In this document: in pieces, positions 14,190-28,573 of the stretch
Numbering within the stretch: the first letter of the stretch is position 1
How the letters are laid out: every line of letters starts with the position of its first letter
Assembly: GCA_951406725.2 (NCBI GenBank)
Contig: OX597815.1
Coordinates: 178,374,001 to 178,438,000 of the forward strand
Direction of reading: 5' to 3'
Origin: Octopus vulgaris
Taxonomy: Eukaryota
Length of the DNA stretch: 64,000 nt
Position numbers and translations under genes: made by a program
The notes under the pieces: model-generated
Database searches by the model: none
Told to the model about the DNA's origin: nothing
Seen by the model: only the letters and a program-made list of their open reading frames with translations

Positions 14190-14704
14190 GCTTTCCATTC
14201 TTTTTCATGGATTTAACCCCACTAACAAACCGACCAAATGAAACCATTTCTATTTGTAGATGCTACAGACAATCCTTGAGTCATCTCCTCTATATTAACA
14301 ACTAGGAACTTTACCCAACTGAATAATTTCGGGAAATTCTTCGTATATTCCGGCAAGACATTAAAATGAGTCTGATGTGAGATATAGGTACCAAAATTAA
14401 CAAAGAAGGGGCAAACTTTTCAGTAAGCTGGGTACCTTCAAAAGGACGCGATCCATCTTGTTTACTTTTAAAGGGGGAGAAAAATAATGACCTTAATCCA
14501 TTCCTGGGTCCCGCTACAATTACTTCTACACAGCAATATAAGGCGTTCGTTATTACACTTCCAGAGAGATACAAAAGAAAATTCTCGAAGTCTTGTCAAA
14601 GACACAGTGCAACGTAATTGAAAGTAGACGTACATACGACTTTTCAGTCAAAAGGTAGACTTCTTTTCCTCTCCGCCATTTTGATTGTTCTCTCTCTATC
14701 TCTC

Positions 14705-14745
<41 letters not shown>

Positions 14746-14746
14746 A

Positions 14747-14787
<41 letters not shown>

Positions 14788-16929
14788 CTCTCTATCCCTC
14801 TCTCCTTTATTTGTTTATTATATATTATTAATATATTTTTGATATGATGCGTGAGTGCTCATAGCAGCGTCAGAATAGGAATTATTAAAAATGACAGGAA
14901 TGACAACGTTAGTAATACTAAGAGAAGTGGCAGTAGCAGCAGCAGCAGCAGCAGCAGCAGCCACAAAAGCGAAAGTAGCTAAAGCTAAAGTGAAAAAATC
15001 TGCCATCATCTTAACACATTAACATCTTGAAAATCATTTTTTTATGGAAAAATATAATTTTGACATGCATTTCAAGATGGACAGCGACTAAAGATGATAA
15101 GATACAAGTAAGAAGAAAAACCACAGGCATAAGAGTGAATGAGTGAATGAATGAAGGAGAAAGATTACGATATTGATGAGTAGAAAATTAGTGATACTGA
15201 GAGTGTGTGTCGAAATGATTGACAAAACATGTGTGAGGATGTATAAGAAAAATAGTTGAAAATGAATTAATGATGGAAGGTAGTGTGTATGTGTGTGTGT
15301 GTGTGTGTGAGTGCAAGTAGGGTGTGCGTATGTCGTCTGCTTAATGGGGAAGGTGTGTATGTATACATGCGTATATTCATGTGTGTTTGCGGATGACAGG
15401 AAGAACAAGACGAAGAGAAAAAGAAATGAAAGGAAGAAGAAAAGAAAAATGAAAAAGAGAAAAAGAGCAGATTTCTGGAAACTCTGTATGATTCATTTTA
15501 TAAGAGGAAAAAGTTATATTATGTATCATACATGTATGTATGATGCATAATATCATGTGTGCATGAGTCTGTATATGCATGTGTAGCCTTTCCTCCAATG
15601 ATTTCATTTTATGAACTATGGCTATATATATTATATTATATTATATTCTTGTTAGTATTATAACTTCTTTGCTTATGTAGAGAATCTGCAGTATCTTAAA
15701 TATTTTTCCATGTGTTCGTGTATTCATACCATGCTGAGGTTTGATTTTCATTTTATTTCGAAGTGTTGCCGATAGTAGCTTCTCAAAACATTTTATTTGG
15801 AGAATCCCAAAGTAAACAGTCTCCTCCTGACAATAAATGTTATTTTACTAAATGGCCTGTGCTGCCTTCCATATCCAACACATGCTCTCAGTACACAAGT
15901 ATACAAACCAATAAAACAACACATTTAAGTGTATATGTAGATATGAGCGCAAACGGCCAGCTATGTGTGTGTAAGGCCACGTGTACAGTGGAAGACCATA
16001 AGCTGGTATTTTTTTATTGCATTCTGTAGAAGTGTGAAAACGAGGGAAATAGTGACACACGTAATACAGAGTAAGGATTAGTGTGCGAAATTGAGAAAAA
16101 CAGTGTGAAAAGAAAAGACTGTAGCATTTCTCGATCTTTCTCTCTCTTTATTGGATTTTTAGTCTCTTTATAAGTTCCGTTATACCTTCCGTATGAGTTT
16201 CCTTATATTTATTTCTGTCTCACTTTCCTCGTTAATCTTTTCGCTTACACTCACATCCCTTGATATGCATATTATTTCATTTCCTTTTTGGGGCTAATAC
16301 CTTTGGTTATGGCATGGATGGCGCGGTGTCATCGTATCCCATCTCCCAACGTAAACGTGCAATAGAAGTGGGGGAAATGTTTATGAAACCGAGAGAAAAG
16401 ACACCAATGATTCGAAGTGTCTTTTGGACAAAATCTTAATCTGGTTTCAATTCCAAATAAGGACAATTTAATTAACAATCCAGTTATAAGAAATATATAT
16501 CCTATATTCATTTGCTCTCGCTTGGATATGAATTTTACGGTTAGATTTGAGCGTCAAATGAATTGTCCTGTTATTTCTAAGTTCAATTCCTCCCCCTGTC
16601 AATTGTTCTTTTTACCTTTAATAAGTGCCACTAAAATATTGTGATGTGATTATGATCGACTGTACCCCGTCGCTCGCAAGTTGGTATCTTATGTGTACGC
16701 TACAAATCGCCATATAAATACGGTGTTACATCGTATCATTTTATGATTCATCCACAGGGCGGCGGGGATACACTGAGTGACTGCCTCACTTTATCTCATG
16801 GTACAGCAAATATAATTGTTTTACATAGCAGCAAAAGCACCCCGAGAACTGACGCAATATTATAGTGGCTCCAGCTGGGAATCAAATCCACGGTGTACAT
16901 TTGACACAATGATTACATATAAATTGTTC

Positions 16930-17205
16930 GCATACGATCGTGAGGTTGTGAGTTCGATTCTCGGACCGGGCTGCGTGTTGTGTTAGACACTTTATTTCAC
17001 ATTGCTCCAGTTAACTCAGTTGTAGAAATGAGTTGCGACATCACTGGTGCCAAGCTTTATCGGCCCCTTTGCCTTTCCCTTGGATAACATCAGTGGAGAG
17101 GGGACGACTGCTAGTCATCCATAAACAACTTTGCCCCGGACTTGTATCTCGGAGGGTAACTTTTTAGGTGCAATCCCATGGTCATTCATAACCGAAGGGG
17201 GTCTC
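16930..17205 (+). mobile_element. tRNA-derived SINE family C
   Basis: B-box GAGTTCGATTC; body AGACACTTTATTTCAC...CATCACTGGTGCCAA...TTTCCCTTGGATAACATCAGTGG...CTAGGTGCAAT-like end; reverse copy at 53843-54155. Confidence 0.8.
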
Positions 17206-17641
17206 CTCCATGCCTGTCGTAACAACACAAAACACGCAAATGGAGTAAATAATGACCCACACCATTACATCGGCACAAAAATGCCTCCCGGTATTTTTTC
17301 TTCCTCTACATTCTGAGGTAAAATTCTGTTGAGAACATCTTTGCTTTCCTTCTTCCAGGATTGTAAAATAAGTTATTGCTAAACTACTGGGGCCAATTAA
17401 ATTATCTAATTTCTAACTTCTTTACTTCTCTGGAAAGAATTATAGCGTTTAGAGATCTAATACTTTAAAAACCGTTTCCATAGAGATAACTTTGATTCGA
17501 TTTTAGTTTCAGATACACTAAATTTCTTTTAAACTATTTAGTATTAAATAGGCCCCTTACCGCTTTTTATTTCGATGATTGTCGCATCTTTGTCAAATAA
17601 TGGAGAAACAACGAATGGAAGAATATATTTGATGTTAAAGT

Positions 17642-17780
17642 GCAGCAGTGGAGTTAAGAAGCCTGCTTCTCAACCACATGGATCTGGGTTCAGTCCCATT
17701 GCGTAGCACCTTGGACAACTGTCTTCTACTATAGCCTTGGGCTGACCAAAGCCTTGAGAGTGAATGCGGTAGACGAAAAC
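17642..17780 (+). mobile_element. SINE family A, 5' half
   Basis: CAACCACATGG...GGGTTCAGTCCCA...GTCTTCTACTATAGCC...GACCAAAGCCTTG. Confidence 0.8.
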
Positions 17781-18157
17781 GCTACGTGCTGGTAGGCGGA
17801 GTGCGTATGTGCATTGTAATTTCCTTAGAAGCAATGCTCCGTACCAGAATTTATGATTCCATCCAAATACAACAAACTGCTCACAATCCTTCTCGGAGTG
17901 TCCGCCTACACGGAATCAGGAGAGGCTAATTTGCGCTTCCATCAATGATGAAGTCAAACCAAATAATATTTTCAAACCATTCAAATACGAACGTTTCGGA
18001 TCTTGCACAATATATAATAGGAATTACATCTATTTGCTGAAAGCCTGTTCAGTGAAGGTCTCGTGTAAAGGAATGTAAACTCTATACTTAAAACACTTTC
18101 AAAATATCATGACTTAGTTTTCCTCCATTATTACACGCATACACACGCACGCACGCA

Positions 18158-18213
<56 letters not shown>

Positions 18214-18269
18214 TACATACATATATGCATACATACACGCACACACACATATATACATATATGTATATG

Positions 18270-18347
<78 letters not shown>

Positions 18348-18351
<4 letters not shown>

Positions 18352-18904
18352 GTCGTCCGAAACGTTCGTGCCGATTTCTAAAGGAAAAAGATCTATAAAT
18401 ACTTGCTATTACATTTTTAATCAACCAAATATGAACCATTTTGCTGAAACAATGCGTCTTTCCTTTAACTTGAAAATAGCCTCTTCCAAAAATTGAGGTG
18501 ATTTCATGGCAAAAAAATTCATCAATGTATCTTTTTACGTCATCCAAGGATTTGAAATATTTACTATTAAGGCTATTCTGCAGAGACCTGAGTAAGTGGA
18601 AATCCGAAGGAGCAATATCTGGTGAATATGGACGGTGGGGTAATACATCCCAGCCGAGCTGCAGCAATTCTTTCTGGTTCCCAAAGCATCAAGTGCCAAA
18701 AATGAACTTTCTTATCTTCCATTGTAAAGGGTTACAGAATTAACACAGGTCGTAGGAACATAAACCATCTTCCACGAAAGGATAGCTTAAACTGTGCTCT
18801 AAATGGAAGTGTAGTCAAATCCTATTTTCTGGACTCAACAATGTTCTAAAATAAGTCGAAAGGTAAGCTACTATAAATCGGCACGAACTTTCCGGACCAC
18901 CCAA
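18348..18904 (-). mobile_element. Internally deleted mariner element with TIRs
   Basis: TIRs TTGGGTCGTCCGAAACGTTCGTGCCGATTT / AAATCGGCACGAACTTTCCGGACCACCCAA flanked by TA; minus-strand LGWDVLPHRPYSPDIAPSDFHL carries the mariner YSPDLAP motif. Confidence 0.92.
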
Positions 18905-18918
18905 TAGATATAGATATG

Positions 18919-19040
<122 letters not shown>

Positions 19041-19376
19041 AAACTTGCCTCTAATGCTACCTTAGTATTAAACCGAAGTGATGTGTTACATTAATACCGT
19101 TACATTTAATAAGCATTATTTTGTTATTCAAAAGTAATGAAGTATTTTTCGAATCAAGCACAATTTCAAAGCAGACCAACAACAGTTGGAAGCAGTGTAA
19201 AATCTAATGCAGGATATTTGCTCTATACGCAAACAGTCACATTTTATTAAATGCTGCTTAGCAGTAGAACTTCAAGAGAGCATCTCATGTCTTCTTTATC
19301 TCTTTACTGGGTGATGTTATCCTTTTCCCTGTTTTCAAGAGGACAGCGTAAGACCGGAATATCAGTTCCACGCTAA

Positions 19377-19606
19377 GGCAGCGAGCTGGCAGAAACGTTA
19401 GCACGCCGGGCGAAATGTGCAGCTGTAATTTGTCTGCCGCTACATTCTGAGTTCAAATTCCGCCGAGGTCGACTTTGCCTTTCATCCTTACGGGTTCGAT
19501 TAAATAAGTACCAGTAAATCACTGGGGTCGATATAATCGACTTAATCCCCTTGTCTGTCCTTGTTTGTTCCCTCTATGTTTAGCCCCCTCCGGGCAATAA
19601 AGAAAT
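19377..19606 (+). mobile_element. tRNA-derived SINE family B
   Basis: A-box-like TGGCAGAA, B-box GAGTTCAAATTC, central GTCGACTTTGCCTTTCATCCTT, tail AATAAAGAAAT; several copies in the window. Confidence 0.92.
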
Positions 19607-19639
19607 AAATATATTACAAACGTTTTATATCGACATTTT

Positions 19640-19905
19640 CCAAGCAGACATGAGTTGGAGAATAAAGAACAAAGATGGGCTGCGAAACTGAAGACCATAG
19701 AAAGATCCATGCTAGGTATATCGTTGTGATAGCAAATCCGATACCAGGTAACGGAGTAGAATCAATTATGGGAGTTCGATAAGTTGGTCTGCGACGTACT
19801 TGTCCATAGGTTTACAGACAACTTGTAGACGCGAGAAGAAATCCAGTGGTATCCAAGAAATGGTAAGAAACTAATCGGACAACCCCAAAGACGATGCGGG
19901 GGATG
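19640..19905 (+). mobile_element. RTE-clade LINE C-terminal relic
   Basis: Decayed translation IERSMLGISL..QIR...LVHRFTDNL.TR...QWYPRNGKKLIGQPQRR resembles the RTE ERxMLGxSLxD...WxPRxxKRxxGRPxxRW pattern. Confidence 0.7.
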
Positions 19906-20246
19906 ACCACCTCTCTCCTTCTCCCCCCACCCCCCGCATACACTCACAAAATTGCCCAGTTTGAAGAGAAGAGCACAACCAAAGGAAGAATGGAAGGTTG
20001 GTACCAGCGATTTGAAATGCATATGCCTATGGGTTATAAACAGACACACATGTGTGTATGTATCTATCTATGTATATATATGATTAATACACAAATGTGA
20101 GAGAGAATCCACTATGTGGACGCTCTTACGCTAGGGATAGATCCGCAAAGGGACTCAACCTCTAAGAATTGTTCTCAAGAAAAAATCTAGCACACTAAGA
20201 ACGTAAGCGAGCAGGACAAATGAAAAATAACAAAAATATAGATTAA

Positions 20247-20320
20247 CCCCATACAATTGTTTCACTGTTAATAAATTATGCAATTTTACTTACATAATTA
20301 TCCTCAGATCATCGGTGGGA
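20247..20320 (-). ncRNA. Type-I hammerhead ribozyme candidate (CCGAUGA core) in a pLTR-like repeat
   Basis: Minus strand UCCCA-CCGAUGA-UCUG[AAUUAUG..CAUAAUU hairpin]CAGU-GAAAC-AAUU-GUA-UGGGG; palindromic ACAAUUGU; predicted cut between 20252 and 20251. Confidence 0.7.
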
Positions 20321-20431
20321 TACGTCATAAAATATAATTTGTCGAACTGCACGCTATATATTAACACGAGGTCAAAGACACGAGCAGTTCTGCCTATTAT
20401 ATTCACAGTTACATTCAAATGCCCTCATATA

Positions 20432-20553
20432 TAACTGGTTCTTAGTGACGACAATTGTGACAATACAATGGCCAAAAGTTCTTTTACCAGTCTCAATTTC
20501 ACCAATGCCCTGCTTATAACAGCAGACTGAACAGTGAACAGGGCGAAGCTCCT

Positions 20554-20647
<94 letters not shown>

Positions 20648-20769
20648 AGGAGCTTCGCCCTGTTCACTGTTCAGTCTGCTGTTATAAGCAGGGCATTGGT
20701 GAAATTGAGACTGGTAAAAGAACTTTTGGCCATTGTATTGTCACAATTGTCGTCACTAAGAACCAGTTA
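20432..20769. repeat. Perfect 338-bp palindrome: 127-bp arms around (AT)42
   Basis: 20432-20558 is the reverse complement of 20643-20769; the ORF track gives the same peptide on both strands. Confidence 0.95.
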
Positions 20770-21837
20770 GCTGCGAACCAAACTTAACCACACAACCATC
20801 CCTGTTCATATAAGTTGATTTCAAATCACACTAGTATAATTCCACTATGCATCCGTCTGAGGCCAGTTATATAAATAATACTAGCAATGATAGTCTATGG
20901 TCTACGCTATCATCTATGGCAGTTTGCATATATAATTAACTTGTGACTAAGAGAGAGAGAGGGGTGGGGGGGAGAGAAATCAATGAAATAGCAACACATC
21001 AACTAGTTTTAATAGAAGCTTTGGAAAATAGCCAACAGTCAACGGATATATCACGAGTGTCTAATCAACGTATACATCTTGTAGGCAACTTTAAATTCAC
21101 ACATGTTCTTTTCTCTTTAATCACTTCCGCTTGTCGGAATCTGTAACCTTTAACAGGATCTCATCCTTGTCTTCAAATCTTCCAACAAATTATTCTATCA
21201 AGAGCTGGAAAAGTTTTTTTTTGGTTATCGACTTAGATCGATATCTTATTTACTCCCAGTCTCCGTAGCTCTCCCCGCAAATGTTATTTATATAATTGCA
21301 CGAAATGTTTTTAACAAGAAGAGAGAAAAAACCGTAAAACCGTACGTGTGAAAGAAAATGACATTTTACTTGCAATATATATTACGCCTCCGGTATTAAG
21401 AGTTTTATGTAGAATAATTTATGCAAATGTATATTTATAGGCTTCTAAATATATAAATATATACATGTATATATATATGTGTGTGTGTGTGTGTGTATGT
21501 GTGTGTGTGTGTGTGTGTGTGTATTGTTTCAACGGTTTCAATTATTAGGCTGCATCCTTCATGGAATATTGTGTTCAACTCGCATTTCACTCAGGTGCTA
21601 AAGTTATCGATCTCTATAAATGTTGAACCTGTAAGATTAATGACATAATCGACAACATCGGTTCCGTTTAGATTCGTATTAATAAACGATACTGACATAC
21701 ATACATACATACATACCTGGACACACAGACATATATCATATAAACACACGCACATGCACACATATATATATACTTATATAAAGACACAAACATGCATGTT
21801 TCTATGTATATTTTTATAGTACATACAATCATACACA

Positions 21838-22167
<330 letters not shown>

Positions 22168-22459
22168 TAAACCAAATAAGCAAAGAAATACACTTTAACA
22201 CATCCTGAATGATCAGCTATAATTGTTTCTGTACCATGTCTGCTTTTAACGCCAGTTAAAGGAAAAGTTACAAGTGAGACTGTACGAATCGTTTGCGGTT
22301 TTAAACATTACACTGGCGTTTCTTCAGAAACGCATTAAAGGTGCACTTACACTGTGTCATCGGCATATTGTAGTTGCACGATGTTCATAGTCCCGTTTAT
22401 CCAATCGACCGATTGAGTAAACGGAACTATGGATGCACTGGTAATGCACATCAAAAACA

Positions 22460-23490
22460 GATGTCATTATTTGGACAGTGCAGATGGAATGTTTTCCACA
22501 TAATACAAACAATGTAACGTTCATGGCGTCGTTGAAGTGAATACAGTTTCAGCTTTTCCAGTCTACCCCAGTAGTCGAGGTCTAACATGCCATCTATCTT
22601 TTTCGTGATTGACCTTTGGAGAGCTTCAATTTTCATAATATTCTGTTTCGTGTAGGGAGACCACAGTGGACAGCAGTATTCAAGGTGGGGTCAGGTAAAA
22701 GTGGATAAATGAAGGATAATGTTGTGGGAATCTCTCGACTGGAAGGTTCTGAGAATCCAGGAACACATTCTGCGGGCCATGTCAACTTTGCTGCTTATAT
22801 GTGTAGCCCAGCTTATGTTGTTGTCCACAGTTACTCCCAAGTCTCTGATGTTGTTAGACGCCATGAGAATTTCTCCAGAAGGAAGGGAGTTTCAGAGCGT
22901 CCTCCCTTCCAAAGTGGATCGGTTCGAATTTGTCTTCGTTTAGCAACATGTTGTTATTTTCCACCCATTGGACAACAACCAGTAGGTCTGACTGAAGGTT
23001 TATCCGGTCATCCACGCCATTGATGACCTTCTGGAGCTTGGAATCATCAGCGAAGATTCTGATGTTACTGTGTTTGATGATGTCAGTAATGTCATTAATG
23101 TAGATGATGAAGAGAAGTGGGCCCAACACAATGCCTTGTGGGACACCACTACTGACTTTGGCTGGGCTGGATTTGACTCCTTCGACTACAACATGTTGGG
23201 TTCTGTTTGACAGGAAGCACTTGATCCACTGCAGCAGCTTTCCAGTGACACCAATATTGGACAGCTTTCTCAAAAGGATCTTATGATCAACCCTGTCAAA
23301 GGCCTTGCTGAAATCAAGGTATATAACATCAGTGTTGGATCCCTCTCACAAGGCTCTCAAAATATCATCGAAATGATGCAGTAGCTGCGTCAGGCAATCC
23401 CTTCCATTACGGAATCCATGCTACTTGGAGATCAGCATATAATGAATCTCAAGGAAGTGTGTCATTCGCGATCTCACCACTCTCTCAAGA
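22460..23490 (-). mobile_element. CR1/L2-group LINE RT fragment (decayed)
   Basis: YLDFSKAFDRVDH, SSGVPQGIVLGPLLF, IFADDSKL, LYSLQRR, with frameshifts; homologous to 45352-47181. Confidence 0.93.
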
Positions 23491-23890
23491 ATCTATAAAT
23501 ATATTTACATAAGTATACGTATGTATACATATATGTATATATATGTATATATGTTTGTATGTATATATGTATGTGTGTATGCATATATTTATGTATGTAT
23601 GTATGTACGTATGCATGTATGTGTGTATGTATGCATTATGTATTTATGTGTTTGTACTCCCACCACTCCTTCACACATCGCTTCGTGTCTTTGCGCCCCC
23701 GTAACTTAGCGGTATATATATATATATATATAACATTTCTGCTGTTTTACTTTCGCCGCTGACGCTTCTCAACTTGTTTATATAGCTGCTCTCTAGCGAA
23801 GCCCCTGATATGTTCGATTAAGTGACCTCTAAGCTAAATTGACCGTCTGCATAGACGAAAAGAGTATACATACATACATACATACATACA

Positions 23891-23948
<58 letters not shown>

Positions 23949-24214
23949 AATAGGCGAAACATGCATAAGATTCATAAGGACAGGTATACAAAAACATAAT
24001 ATTCTCACAAAGCACTTAAATATAATTGTGTGCGTGTAGACGTGCGTATACAGATATATATAGTGATATTCATATACATATAAATGCGTGCATTTGTATG
24101 TTACATACATACAGACATACACACAAACAGATATACGTATATGTGTATATATATATATATATATGTGTGTATATATATATTTATATATATATACATGTGT
24201 GTGTGTATGTATGT

Positions 24215-24286
<72 letters not shown>

Positions 24287-24692
24287 CATGTTTATGTATG
24301 TATAGTGAAATTACATTTTATTTCTCCTAAAGAAATCACAACGTAAGTGATATAAGAGAATGCTTCTATTTCTGAAAGTATATGAATGTATGTGTGCTCG
24401 TTTGTGTTAATGTGTACTTACCTACATGTGTGTGTGTGTGTGTTTGAATGTATGAATGTGCTTGTTGGTGTATGTGTGTGTATAACAAATGTGGCTTTGT
24501 ATGCATATACTTTCGTGTATAAGTGTGTGTGAGCGTTTGTGTGTAGACACTCACCTGGTTTTAACTAAAACGAATGCCTACCTACAGCAAATTCACTTCT
24601 TTCATTATTGTGATTTCTTCATTTATAATTTAATGGCAAGTTCTCATTTTCCAAGTATATATGAATGTATTTCACTTTTTATGTTTATTGAC

Positions 24693-24740
<48 letters not shown>

Positions 24741-25149
24741 CCATATCCATATTTGGGCGACATATGTATATTTTAAATCGGTGTTGTTTTCCTTTGAATT
24801 CGTTGTCAGTTTCATTTACATTTGTAGCAACTTATGTTTGTCAACTTCGACATCGCTACCGGAAATGAACTACGCGTCACCATCTGTTCTTTTTTCTTGT
24901 AGACAGTGTAGAAGAAATTAAAGAAAAAGGCGAAAATGTTATATCGGCCATTTTATGTGCATCTAAAACACGTACAGATATATTTAGAAACTACGTTAGT
25001 AATGGTTTTAAATAAATAACACTTTAACAAAGTGAGAACGAGGGATCGTTAACGTGGTCGTTCCCCCCTGTTGGAATTCACTAAAAAATGCCCATCAAAT
25101 CACAACTTACTCTAATGAAGTCTCGGATAGTTAAGACGTCTCCATGAAA

Positions 25150-25985
25150 CAATGTAGAATGTTTGGATTTCTGCATTGTTGAATTCGATCAATCTCTAAA
25201 TTTTGTTTCTTTTCCTTAAAATCAGTCGATAACGCATGAACCTTTCGCTTGTCTGAATTGGAGAAGATTTCTTCCAGAATCGTTCTGCTTTTTTAAATCT
25301 AATTCACGCTCTTCTTAGTTAATCAACCTACATTTAAGTCTTATAAGGAAATGTGTTTTGCTTCTTCAACGTGATATATCGTTGATGTTAGGTTAAGCAG
25401 TCTGTTCAATCTTCGATTTGTGAACCTGTGATTAATATCTCAGCTGAAATGGGATTCGCTTAAATGCCTATTGATTCTTTTCGAGTGTTTTTGATTGGTA
25501 GATGTCTCATTCAAGTAGAGCTTTTTTTCTTTTCTATTCTGTTTTTTTTTTTTTTTTTTTTTGTTGATGTTTGTCAGCAAAGGTAAAGACATTTCTTTGG
25601 AAGTGCACCTATATTTTCTTAATTATAACAAATCGATAAATTCCGCTTCAGATTCTTTGTAATGTAACGGACAACTGCGTATTGTGAAGTCGAATGATTT
25701 GGGGGTAGATGCGGTCAGCGTTGCTTTCCCTTTGTGCTATAAATTCCATCACATAGGTTTGATGATATTTATGAGAGTGAGTATTTCGTGTATGCCGTTT
25801 TATGGTGTTGGCATGCTCTTTATTTAGTATCTGAGCAGGTATGCTTACAATATCAGCTTTCTTTTCGGTTCGTAAATAGCATTTCTGTGTGATTCAAACT
25901 GTTATAAACATTACATGGTAGAGTTTCTAGACGAAAGAAATAATACACGATAAAATAAACATCGTCAAAGATATGAAAATGTTTG
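25150..25985 (-). mobile_element. Highly decayed Penelope-like RT relic
   Basis: Scattered minus-strand motifs FDDVYF, ISF.L, AIY..RKES in the order expected for a PLE RT; many stops. Confidence 0.4.
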
Positions 25986-26582
25986 AAATTTCAGAACAAA
26001 TTGTTAACTTACAGAAATTGTTCACTGCTCCTCCAACTTCTATTTCGGCGATAGGGTGTTTTGCTAAATTAATTGCAATCAATTTGAGGGGAAACACCAG
26101 CTAAAATCATTGTGACTTAAAGAAATACCATCTATCTAACTAAAATAGTTTTTCGCATTAAGGAAAACTTCTATTTTATCTTTTCGTAAACTGTTCAAGT
26201 TCTCTATACAACTATGCTTATCTCCTTTTCATTATCCTTCCTTTTTAATGTCGAAATCTAAATCATTAAATAGGGAATAAAAATTAATATAAGGACTGGA
26301 GTCTCTGTTCTCAGAAAATATCCGAAAACCTGAAGTATGTTTATATGTTTTATAAAGGCGATTTCTCGAGATAATGAGTTCCCGAAAAGTGAGAAACCTT
26401 AAATTATGTATGTGTGTGCGTGTATACATTCATACATATCACACACACACACAGCTATGTATATGTATATATATATCCACAAACATATATATAAATATAT
26501 ACAGACATATATATATATATATTCACATACATATACATATACATATATATAGACATATATATATATGTACATATATACATAT

Positions 26583-26646
<64 letters not shown>

Positions 26647-26709
26647 GTATATAGACATTTATATATATATATATATATGTACATATATACATATACATAA
26701 ATATATATA

Positions 26710-26766
<57 letters not shown>

Positions 26767-27496
26767 GTATAGTTTATTTATTTTGATAGGCATTCTTAGT
26801 CTTCCCAGATAGGAAATAAATACGTCTTCGGGCAATTATTGCTAAAGTCTTGAAATTTAATATTTCATTTTAATAAGAGAAAATAAGTCTTCTTCAATAT
26901 GTAATAGGATCTTGGTTACGGGTGGGTTATTATTAGCTTTGAAGCCTTATTTGACAATATCAAAATGATTTTCGTTTTTCTTTTGCTTCTCGAGTTCATT
27001 TCTTGTCTCTACATTTTCGCATTGTGTAAATAAAGTGCTCAACAACCGAGTTGATATTCTTTCTTTGACAGAGATTCAAGAACAAAATTTTACATCGAGA
27101 CTTAGGCGTAAATCAAGTTTGTTTAATAAGGAGCGACATACACAGCTACAAATCCATTTCAATCCTTAAGAATCTTTCAAAGCAATTAATTTAGATTCGT
27201 GTGAGAAAGACTAGTTTCCAAAGAAATAAGAAAGTGAGAAAGAGAGAAAATCAGAAAGAAACAATAAATGGAAGAAGGACGAGATGAGCAGAGAATGAAG
27301 ATAGGAAGCATCAAATTAATCATATTCAATTTTGAAATGTTAGCAATAATTTCTAAATGACAGGAAAGAAAGCAATGATCAGTACCTGGAACTCAGAAAC
27401 TCAGGGTATATTTATACATTTTTGCCTGTGTTTTCGGGTGTATAAATACATATGTACACACATATTTTTACACCCCCACCCCACGCCCCAAAAAAA

Positions 27497-27786
27497 GACA
27501 CTGCGACACAATGTCTTCGCTGCAAATGGTCCTACACTTTTCAATATTTTCCCAAAAGAAATTAAAGTAGAAAAATGCCCAACAACTTTCAAGTGGCACC
27601 TGGACAAATTCCTCCAGGAAATACCGGATAAACCACCTACACCTGGATACGTTATAACCAACAACAACTCTCTGCTCGAGTGGTCCATTGTGTCCGGAAA
27701 TAACTAAAAGAATTTTCCAGGTGGTGCTATTGAGTTAGTAATGGCCTGGGTCGATAATGGCCGAAACCAATCTACGTTATCTAAGT
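27497..27786 (+). mobile_element. CR1/L2-group LINE 3' fragment
   Basis: GPTLFNIFPKEIK...FKWHLDKFLQEIPDKP...NNSLLEW, plus tail CAGGTGGTGCTATTGAGTTAGTAATGGCC...GAAAC. Confidence 0.9.
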
Positions 27787-27809
27787 CATATATATATATA
27801 TATATATAT

Positions 27810-28175
27810 GATTTGATTTGATCTAGTTTCAGCATATAAGCGGTGGCCATGCAGCAGCACCGCCATCTGGTGTTGCTACACAATATTACTTCATTAATTC
27901 TTTTTCAGAAATTGACGCCTGGTGCATCTGCACTTCATGCACTTCCTGCTGTTAAGTTGATTCATCTGGAACAGTCGAGAGTAACAGGTCTAATTTCGCT
28001 TTGAAGACCCTTACATCCACCCATGCAGTTCTCTAAGGTCCTTCGGGAAGATATTGAAGAGCTGTGGGCCTTTAAAGCAAAGGTTATTGCAATAGTTTGT
28101 CCTATATCGTGTTGGCTAAGTTGGAGTCTTTGGCAATATGCAGTGGCGCCCTGTTCTAACATTAGTGTAACTCTC
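27810..28175 (-). mobile_element. CR1/L2-group LINE, second subfamily, 3' fragment
   Basis: Minus translation RTGRHCILPK...FKGPQLFNIFPKDLR...FKAKLDLLLSTVPDE; tail GGCGGTGCTGCTGCATGGCC...GCTGAAAC followed by (ATCAA)n. Confidence 0.8.
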
Positions 28176-28361
28176 GATGCCAAAGTTTATATACGAAATA
28201 ATTCATATTCAGTTGGATTGGGAACTTAAGTTGAGGCACCAAGACAGTCCGCTATTATCCTCACAGCTCGGAGTAAGGTGAATAGAAAGTAAATAACTAA
28301 CAACGTTCACATCCTTGTTACTAATTTGGTACATATTTATATCTATCTATCTCTTTCTCTT

Positions 28362-28441
<80 letters not shown>

Positions 28442-28537
28442 GAGAGAGAGAGAGAGATGTAGGTAGGTAGGTAGATAGACAGACAGACAGACATTAGATA
28501 AATAAATAGACAGATAGATAGATAGATACATAGATAA

Positions 28538-28573
<36 letters not shown>

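Noticed and set aside
17975-18060. Hammerhead-like CUGAACA...GAAACGUUCGUA on the minus strand
   Set aside because: G8 is lost and stem I is out of register; at most a decayed relic.
19377-19470. tRNA gene (A and B boxes)
   Set aside because: No cloverleaf; it is the tRNA-derived head of a multi-copy SINE.
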